A stretch of 63,473 nucleotides of DNA, filler included, from Corallochytrium limacisporum Hawaii (taxonomy: Eukaryota; Protista; Pluriformea): NCBI GenBank assembly GCA_002811645.1. It is 5 parts of 5 records of this genome, joined end to end, with 100 filler letters (N's around TTAATTAATTAA, not from the genome) between each part and the next. Parts side by side here need not be neighbours in the genome. Positions count along the whole stretch, not along the records: positions 48,080 to 56,592 come from PDIP01000279.1; positions 56,693 to 62,217 come from PDIP01000012.1; positions 62,318 to 63,473 come from PDIP01000234.1; 2 more parts are not named here. One strand, given 5' to 3'. The position numbers and the translations under genes are program-made. How positions within the stretch are numbered: the stretch's first letter is position 1; each line of letters begins with the position of its first letter. Below the pieces are notes generated by a model. It was not told where the DNA came from. It did not search any database and saw only the letters and a program-made list of their open reading frames with translations. Of this stretch, positions 55,461 through 63,473 are shown piece by piece.

Positions 55461-56592
55461 TCAGATGTCCGTTTCGTCGTTGATTGTGGGGTGTCCTTTG
55501 GATGTATCACGACGACAGCATCGCTGCCGACTAGGATAGACCTCTCCTCACTGAGCCGCCCGTTCGACTAGACTATGTTCCCTGTATCTCAGAAGGCTGT
55601 TCTGTGAGAGCGTGCAACCCAATGGACCAGTCAAGTATGTGTAGTGGCCCGCTAGATCAAGAAACCCTAAATTACTTACACCTGCTTTCGATGAAGCTAA
55701 CTACATGTATATAGATCCAATGATCTACCTTCATTCTTGGTGGTCATCGGGTCTCAATAACTGGTGGTCTAGGAACAGAGCGCCGCCCAGAATCGGCACT
55801 AAGGCAAATGCTGAACCATTCATAGTTGGCGTAGAGTTCTCAACTGAACATGGCTTTTGGCACATACCAGTGCGTGCGCTTACGAAATGTTGGAGAGATT
55901 GGTTGCGATCCATTCATGGATCTGTCAAGCAAATCGCAGGACCAGCGAAGTTTCACTCGCCTTTTGTATCGGCCTCAGACGGTCGAATAAATTGGCAGAG
56001 GACTGAGGAAAGTGAAAAGCGAAACCCCTCCCTCCCCTCCGGCCGGGGCGAGGGAAGGGTGGAGGGGAGAATATACCGTAAAAGCGGGCTTCTGCAACGT
56101 GTACGGATGGAAAGGGAGGGGAGGGGGTGGGGAGCAAGCCCCTCTCCCCCCTTCCCCTCCCCGTCCGCTGTCCACCCCCCCCCCATCCTTCCCGGTGAAC
56201 AACGAGGCCGCCTTCTCTGTGTTCCGCAGAGTAAAAGCGAATGATGGCGACAAGAGGCGGTGAGGATTGTTGGGTAGGTGTCGTTCGTGAATGTGTGGTT
56301 GTATGTTTGGACGTATCGGTCTTGTCCGTTGAATGGGATGACATGCACAATGTGTCGTTGGTGGAATGTTTCTCCTCTGTGGAAGGGTGCGTGCGTCCTT
56401 TGAGTTTGTGTGTACAAGAACGAGGTTTGGGTAACACGTTAGATATTGCAGATAATCGTGATACTGCTTTACGTATAGACCACCACCACCATTATTCGCA
56501 TACCAACCTCTGCCCCATAAGTTAAGGAGGAATCTGCCTTAAAAATTGCACCGTAATATAAGGAGGGAGATTCTGATTTTTTCTCCATTTCC

Positions 56593-56692
56593 NNNNNNNN
56601 NNNNNNNNNNNNNNNNNNNNNNNNNNNNNNNNNNNNTTAATTAATTAANNNNNNNNNNNNNNNNNNNNNNNNNNNNNNNNNNNNNNNNNNNN
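56593..56692. other. Scaffolding linker N44-TTAATTAATTAA-N44 (artefact)
   Basis: Same 100-bp construct. Confidence 0.97.
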
Positions 56693-56973
56693 GGGGGGGA
56701 GAGGAGGGGATTGGAGAGGGCGCGAAAGATTTCTCGCCGGGACGGGAGGCCCCCCAGCGACTGCAATACTCACACTATCTCCGCGTCGGTGAGACCCTAA
56801 AGGCTCGGACCAAAGCAAGAGAGTCCATGCATTATGGGTAATTCAAGTGAAAGATACAATTGGTCGGCTATGTTATATCAAACTCTCAGCTGGAGTGTAC
56901 GGAAGTCCTGACCACTGATCTCACTCTATGTTCGTCAACATAGGGATAGAGATCTTTGGCATATAGCAGTCGT

Positions 56974-58059
56974 ATGATGGATGGCACCCCGCTGGCGGGG
57001 GCCAGGTATAGTTCATCAGACGGGAGTAGGAAGAGACCAGGGGATAGTACCACGTTTCCGCAGATCGTCAAGTCAGCTGAGAAGGGGCAGAAAGAAGCAA
57101 ATTCTTTTGCTGACGATGTCGTCAAACGGGTCAGACGAGAGGTACTACACAACAGCAATGCAGAGACTGCAGAAGACATGTTTCACCGGATTCAGCGAGC
57201 TCGCAACCCGGCAGACACATTGATCATATGTGATGGGCAGATCGCTTTGCCCCCGAAGACGATGGTGGAGATTGTAGGACCGCACGCCACAGGAAAAAGT
57301 CTCCTGGCTCTACAGGCCATTGCTCAATGCATTCTACCGCGATGCTGCGGTGGGCATGCGAGTGCAGCCATCGTTTTCGACCTGGCCCTGAGCTTCCGAC
57401 CAAAGTTTCTGATCCGGGCTCTGCAAAACCACATTGCGACCTGCACAGCCACAGATGAACGACATGTAACGGACGAGGGCATGGAACAGGCGATACGGGA
57501 ATCATTGGAGCGGTTATACGTGCAAAGGGTCGACTACAAGACCAACCTAGCGATCCTGGCTGTTTGCCTACAAGCGACTGTGCAACAGGTTCATCTGCCT
57601 CGTCTGGTGGTGATTGACAATCTCGAGATTGTCTACCACTACAACCGCTACACTACGCATGCAACAGACTGTGCGGGATCACTAACCAGCTATGTCAAAC
57701 TCAAGCAGACCCTCAGGCTGCTTAAACGCACACACGACCTTACGCTGCTGATTATCCGAGACCAATTGGCAAAGCCAGGGGTGGATCCGGGTCTGCAGCC
57801 GTGGCTCGCCAACGTGGATTATACCATCCTCGCCTCTTGCTACGGCTTCGAAGCTGTGACGGTGGAGCACAACGAAAGCCAACAACTCCAGCAGCACATC
57901 TCAGAGGACTGGATCTGCGTGCAGCTGGCGTTTGAGGCCAGTGAGCGGGACCGAACAAAACCGCGGAGCGTCGTGAACGGCGGACGACAGATCCTGCAAG
58001 TCATGGATCAGCACATGCTCAAGGTGGCCTTTGTGGAGATGGAACCCTCGGAACAATGA
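56974..58059 (+). CDS. XRCC2: RAD51 paralog, XRCC2-like
   Basis: Walker A EIVGPHATGKS followed by the XRCC2-typical CILP...GG; Walker B LVVID; first ATGs at 56974/56977. Confidence 0.8.
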   Translation: MMDGTPLAGARYSSSDGSRKRPGDSTTFPQIVKSAEKGQKEANSFADDVVKRVRREVLHNSNAETAEDMFHRIQRARNPADTLIICDGQIALPPKTMVEIVGPHATGKSLLALQAIAQCILPRCCGGHASAAIVFDLALSFRPKFLIRALQNHIATCTATDERHVTDEGMEQAIRESLERLYVQRVDYKTNLAILAVCLQATVQQVHLPRLVVIDNLEIVYHYNRYTTHATDCAGSLTSYVKLKQTLRLLKRTHDLTLLIIRDQLAKPGVDPGLQPWLANVDYTILASCYGFEAVTVEHNESQQLQQHISEDWICVQLAFEASERDRTKPRSVVNGGRQILQVMDQHMLKVAFVEMEPSEQ

Positions 58060-58186
58060 CAAGAAACAAAACAGCAGACTCAAATATATGTTAAAGAAAC
58101 GCTAAGCTATCGCCAATACATTGTAAGAGTAAGTTAAGACAACTGAGTGAGAATAAGGAAATGATGAAGTTTGTCATGTGGTGACC

Positions 58187-59614
58187 TTACTTTGCAGCGA
58201 AAGTGTCTCCACTTCGTTTGGCATCGAACTCAGCGAAGGTAGACTTGATGATACCCAGGCCGTGCTGCATTTCTTCGTCGGTCATGACCAGCGGTGGCGC
58301 AAAGCGCATGGACGTCTCTTGTGTTGGCTTGGAAAGCAAACCCTTGTCGCGCATTGAGATGCATACGTCTAAGGTACTGACTCCTGGATACAGTTCGATC
58401 GCATTCATACAACCGCGTCCGCGAACCTCCTTCACCCATTCGTACTTATTCACCAGGTCGCCTGCTGTCTCCCGGAACATCTCACCCAATTTCTGCGACC
58501 TTTCGGCAAGGTTCTCATCCACAAGCACATCCAACGCCGCCATGGCCACCCGACAGGCTACTGGGTTGCCGCCATAGGTGCTGCCGTGCATACCAGGCTT
58601 GAGGAGGCCTAGGACTTCGTTGTCTCCGAGCACGCAACTGACTGGGAACACACCGCCGGACAAAGCCTTACCGAGGCACACCAAATCCGGGCGGACACCA
58701 AACTGATGAATTGCTAGCATGGTGCCTGCGCGACACAGACCGGCCTGGACCTCATCTGAGCAGAGCAAGACATTGTGCTTGTCACAGAGCGCCCTCACCT
58801 TCTTAAAGTAGTCCTGGTCCGGCACAACCACGCCGGCCTCACCCTGGATCGGCTCCAAATAAACACCTGCTACATTCTTGCCGTTCTTATCGAGATAGTC
58901 AGAAAGAGCGTCGACGTCGTTGTATGGTACTAGAGGGAAGCCGGGAGTGAATGGTCCAAAGTTCGTGTAGCACACGGGATCGCTGCTCGAGCTCACCGCG
59001 GCAATGGAGCGGCCCCAAAAGTTGTTCTCGGCAAAGATCACTTCGGCTTTGTTCTTTTCGATGCCCTTGACTTCGTAGCCCCACTTTCGGATCAGCTTCA
59101 CAGCGGCCTCGCCTGCCTCTACACCTGTGTTGGCAGGTAGGATCTTGTCATAGCCAAACATTTCCGTAAGCTTGCTTGAGAACAGTGCCAAGCCATCATT
59201 GTAGAAGGCCCTGGAGGTCAGTGTCAGTTTTTCTGCCTGGTTAACCAGGGCACCAACAATCTTCGGGTGGCAGTGACCCTGGTTTACGGCAGCGTAGGAG
59301 CTAATGAAGTCAAGGTACTCCCGGCCTTCTACGTCCCACAACTTCGCACCCTTACCTCTCGACAATACCACCGGCAGTGGGGCGTAGTTGTGCGCATTGG
59401 ACCGTTCCTCCTCGGCCATGTAGTCCTGGCTGGTTTTCAGGTCAGCGGTTGTCTTAGGAGGGTTGAGGACATATTGCGACGTGCCGAAAGACCGGTGGTG
59501 GCCGAAGAGAGTCTGCAATGCAGGTGCGGCCACGCCAACGTGACCCCTGCTCGCCTGAGGCAGCGTCCGTGCCAGAGTGTTGAACACTCCTGCGTTGGTC
59601 ACGAGTGAGGCCAT
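58187..59614 (-). CDS. OAT: Ornithine aminotransferase, mitochondrial precursor
   Basis: AHNYAPLPVV, YAAVNQGHCHP, EPIQGEAG, DEVQAG, LGKALSGG (PLP lysine), HGSTYGGNP; N-terminal presequence. Confidence 0.97.
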   Translation of the reverse strand: MASLVTNAGVFNTLARTLPQASRGHVGVAAPALQTLFGHHRSFGTSQYVLNPPKTTADLKTSQDYMAEEERSNAHNYAPLPVVLSRGKGAKLWDVEGREYLDFISSYAAVNQGHCHPKIVGALVNQAEKLTLTSRAFYNDGLALFSSKLTEMFGYDKILPANTGVEAGEAAVKLIRKWGYEVKGIEKNKAEVIFAENNFWGRSIAAVSSSSDPVCYTNFGPFTPGFPLVPYNDVDALSDYLDKNGKNVAGVYLEPIQGEAGVVVPDQDYFKKVRALCDKHNVLLCSDEVQAGLCRAGTMLAIHQFGVRPDLVCLGKALSGGVFPVSCVLGDNEVLGLLKPGMHGSTYGGNPVACRVAMAALDVLVDENLAERSQKLGEMFRETAGDLVNKYEWVKEVRGRGCMNAIELYPGVSTLDVCISMRDKGLLSKPTQETSMRFAPPLVMTDEEMQHGLGIIKSTFAEFDAKRSGDTFAAK

Positions 59615-59974
59615 TCTTGACTTGCGAAATATCTGGGTTTCTTGACAGTTTAATTCAAGCTTTACCAGTCCGTCAGGTTTGCTTTACGCAGCCCGCTTAC
59701 TGGCCATGTCGATCCTTTACATCGCAGCCGCTTTCTACCTGTACAATATATCCAAGAAGGCGATCAAATCCGACGGGGTAGAAGAAACATGACTAAAGCA
59801 CAAGTGCGAGCAAGTAAACCTCAAACCTCGTAGCAGTCTGTAGCCGGCGTCGTCCCCATTTGAAGTCTCGTCGTTTTGCTGCAATGCGGTTCGACATGAT
59901 CATTTGGACGAGCCCCGATTTTGGGATGAAATTGCTCCGTCCGGCCGTCCGCTCTCCGTGTCGCGGTTGCTGCT

Positions 59975-62900
59975 CCACCCCCCTCCCCCCCCTCCCGTCA
60001 CTCTCAGATCTGATACCTCACAAGCTGCGGAATTATACGCTGAACAGAGAATGGGGGAGGGGGAGGGGGGAGCGGACGAAGGAGGGGCCCAGGACAACCC
60101 CCCCCCACTGATGAAATCGACCGCGACCCCCCCCCCTTCCCCACTTTTTGACCCGACTGCCGGTGGGGAACAACACGGGCTCTCTCCGCAAAGCACTCAA
60201 CCCTCCCTCCCCCACCTTCCCTCTCGGCCCTCTCTCTCGCTCTCGCTCACCCCGAGAAGCCTCCGTACTCCTCTCAGTCTCTCTCCCTTCTCCCTCGCTG
60301 TCTCTGTCTCATCCGCGACTGGCCTAGTTCCACGGTGGCGGAGGCACAGCCAGCGGGACCGACCTTCTAGCCGCAGGTGCACGGTTCAATTCCGTAATTA
60401 AATAGTAAATGTATGAAAATATTGCCGAGAGTTTGTTGTCTTTTTCTTTTTTGTCCTCCCCATTGCCCGCCCCCACTCTCCGAGGCCCCCTCCGTTCCTG
60501 ACGCCATCGGTCGCTGCTGCTCCATTTTTTTCTTCATTTTCTGCTAAAGTTTGAACCTTGCTCAGGCTCTGCAGACAGGGGCAAGGAAAAAAAAAGAAGA
60601 AGAAAAAACGAAAGCGGCTGAGTAATGGACAAAATATGCGCCTGATGGGAGAGACGGGGAGGAGGGAGGGAGGGAGAGAGGCAGCTGCCCGGCATCCCGA
60701 GGAAAAGGGTGCTTTTCGGTGCGGGACCACACAACAGACCCCACAGCGGAAGCTTGAGAAAGTGGGGGCGCGGTGCGCCGGCTTCAAAAAGCGACGGGGA
60801 AGGCCTGGCTGTGTGACTTGCGTAAGTTTTTATCTCTCTCCTCTATCTCTCGCGTTCTCTTCCGGTGCGTTATTATCACCCTTCGTTCCCGAAGGCCAAG
60901 TGGGTAATTTCTTAATTGTATTTGGCCTGTGGCGGCGTGGTTTGATTAGGGCGGTGGGACACCTCTGTACTCACAGTGCCCAGGCGGCTGCGGTGCGATC
61001 GGTGGGAAAAATTTCTTCAGAGTCAGAAGGAAATGAAACCAAGCGGGTGATGAATACACAGTGCCAAGAAAAACACAAAGACAAGGGAAACATGAAAATC
61101 TGGCATTATTGGCAGCGGGTTGATTCACTTCGGAGTATACATACCCCAGCCCTTTTTTCTATTTCTTTGCTGCTTTGCTACGCCTTCGCTTTTCTTTGTT
61201 TTCTTTTTTTCTTTTGTTGGGTCCTTGGGATTCGGCGTGTTTCAAAACTTTGCGGGGCAAGAGGGAGGGAAGGGGGAGGAGGAGGAGAGGAGCTATGCCC
61301 GTGTGGGACGGGACCGGGGGAAGCGAGGGCAGAGAAAGCCACCCTAAAACCCACCCTCCCCTTCCGTTCTTGCGGACCTTCTGTGGTGTACGGGACGTGG
61401 GTGCATTGGGACGGCACCTGCATCTGGGCACATGGACGTACACACTGCCTGCGTACGGGGCCCCCAAGCCGGACATCATCAAGAGAAACAAACATCCTTC
61501 GCCACGGGGAGGAAGAACATTAAGGAACGCAGTGGCTGCGACATGAACACAAGCGAGAAGAGCGTGTGAGAGAGAGAGAGCGAGAGATTGGGGGTGTGTG
61601 CATGGGAAGGAGAGTGTGCGCGCCCCTACGCAGCTGGCGAGGGAAACCCCCTCCTTTTTCTTAACACTGAGCGCAGTGGAAAGGACCCCGAAGGGAGGGA
61701 GGGTTCCGGCAGTTCAGTACAAAAGTCAAAACGAACGACCGCAGGGGCCCAGAAAACATCGCGCGGCGGTTGGAGAAGGGCGAAGGTTGAGAGGGGGACA
61801 CTAGGCAACTGTCTTCCGGTAGGTCGTCGTGGGCACTCTGAATATATATACGTAATTATTAGAATGTATGAATATATCAATTATTAGTATTATAAATTAT
61901 ATACGGATTATTTATATATCACCCAACCCGCGAAGTTCTCAGGGCTAGCGCCCAGAACGGACGAGGGGCTCGGTGCAGCGGTTTGAAACCCCTGGGAGTC
62001 GCGCCGTGCGCTTTAAAGGAATGCAGCCTTTTGTACCCCCCCCCCCCGGGGCGGGAAGTTTTTGGCATTTCACTTCCTGCGGGGCCAGTTTTTTTGTTTT
62101 TGCGCCGGTGGCCGGCCAACCCCCAACCCGCCCTCAAGCTTACCACCCTCTGTCTCATAATATTAGGCCGAATCTATTCAAATCACATTCATTCGAATCC
62201 CGACCGCTGTGGCGGGANNNNNNNNNNNNNNNNNNNNNNNNNNNNNNNNNNNNNNNNNNNNTTAATTAATTAANNNNNNNNNNNNNNNNNNNNNNNNNNN
62301 NNNNNNNNNNNNNNNNNGGGGGGGGCAGCGTGAGGGGAGGGAGGGCCGCAACCGAGAAATGGGGAAAACAAAAAAAAAAAACCCAGAAGAAAAGGAAAGG
62401 AAAGAACAGACACCAAAAAAGAAAAGAAACGGAAAAAACCTGGGAGAAGCCGACCCGGCTCCCCCTCCCCCCACTTTGCTTTCTCTCTCTCTCTGTCTCT
62501 CTCTCCCGCGCATAAGAATTCGTGGACAAAACACGCTCGGGTCCGGGAAAAAGAAAGTGGAGGCCGTCCGCCCCCCCCCCTCCTTCACACCAAAACCTCT
62601 CCAGTGCCACTCCGCCGAGGCGCGCGAACTCGAGAAAAATCCTTTGTCGCTGCTGCCGGTGTGACTGTACCGAAGAACCTAACCACCGCCGGTCAAAACC
62701 GTGCTTGGTTTCGCCGTTGCACCCCCGTTTTTTTTTTTGCGGCCGAACCCGCACAGCGGTGCGTTAGGTACTGAATGAACTGCCCAACTCCGGAGGTCCT
62801 GCGAGGAAAGCGTCAGCGATGGCAAAGTGGCGATGGCGGTGATGAGAACTGAGGAGCCATGACGAGCTGAAAAATCAGTACATTTACTACGGCAATTCTG

Positions 62901-63473
62901 AACCCGTCGGGACCGACAGCAGAATTCGCAATACTCGCAATCGTACCTTTTCCTATTTCTTACTTAATACATTGAGTACTGAATTCTTGTCTGGGTCCGC
63001 GTGAAGGGAGGAGGAAGCAGTGAGCCGGTCGTCCATCAGCGCTAGGGTCCCCGCTGCCCCCCCCGGGGGGGGGGGGAACAGTGAAAACCGCCTTCTCCCG
63101 CTCCAGTCCCACCGCGGCCAGGCGTTCAGCGCTTAAAAACAGAAAGGAAGGGAAAAGAAAAGAATGGCGAGCACCGGGCAAGAACGCTTCTTTCACGACT
63201 GGACCAGCGTGCCGTCCTTTCCCGTGTGGTTAGATAGTAAATGTACTGCATTATTTTACCTCTCCCCGGTTCCGGCACAACAACGGCTCTCAGCCCTCTC
63301 TCTTTCTTCCCGCCTCCCCCCTTTTGAGCCCCGTTAAAAGTCAGGCCTCGGTGCCGGGGGAGGGGGTGACGGGCTATGGGGACACCACCACCGCGACCCT
63401 TTCCGGGCAGGGAGAGAGAGAGAGAGAGCCCGGGGGGGGGGAGGGGTGGGGTTGGGGGTTGGTGTCGGGATTA
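59975..63473. promoter_or_regulatory. Extended non-coding block of G/C tracts, polypurine/polypyrimidine runs and GA repeats upstream of OAT
   Basis: Only low-complexity spurious ORFs; many homopolymer runs. Confidence 0.45.
62218..62317. other. Scaffolding linker N44-TTAATTAATTAA-N44 (artefact)
   Basis: Same 100-bp construct. Confidence 0.97.

Noticed and set aside
10727-59614. ASL and OAT as an arginine metabolic cluster
   Set aside because: 46 kb apart with many unrelated genes between them
60558-61523. 321-aa ORF and many other ORFs within G/C islands (e.g. 3033-3797, 33827-34537, 38102-38722, 51277-51957)
   Set aside because: Non-ATG starts and poly-G/P/K/F translations of homopolymer runs; no family motifs
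205-63053. Frequent GGGTCCC/GGACCC words in islands
   Set aside because: Cannot be separated by eye from the background of G and C runs; needs a composition-aware test

Overview
Eukaryotic genomic DNA, about 46% coding, with 18 confident protein-coding genes. Seventeen are single-exon, including a 4.4 kb CDS, and one has a spliceosomal intron with yeast-like signals (GTAAGT / TACTAAC / CAG). Gene content: LRR protein, TMEM229-like, SMG8, argininosuccinate lyase, a mitochondrial protein of a fungal-type family, a 2-TM orphan, heme-type CBS, endosomal NHE, ATG1/ULK, class-3 lipase, Fcf2, ARFRP1, an ARM/BC-box protein, HDHD2, two acidic Cys-rich secreted proteins, XRCC2 and OAT. Animal-like orthologues in an almost intronless genome suggest a unicellular holozoan such as Corallochytrium (inference only). 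Convergent gene pairs sit 80-490 bp apart, while nearly every 5' end faces an island of poly-G/poly-C/poly-purine tracts. Multi-kb non-coding blocks carry a strongly over-represented TACTGAA motif. The top leads are (1) a tandem pair of secreted and membrane proteins resembling the FRAS1/FREM2 C-terminal (ZP-like) matrix module, with a furin site before the TM, (2) the TACTGAA(AGTAC) element, and (3) the strand-oriented G-tract promoter architecture. No tRNA, rRNA, CRISPR array or transposon was recognised. There are six assembly gaps, four of them with an artificial TTAATTAATTAA linker.
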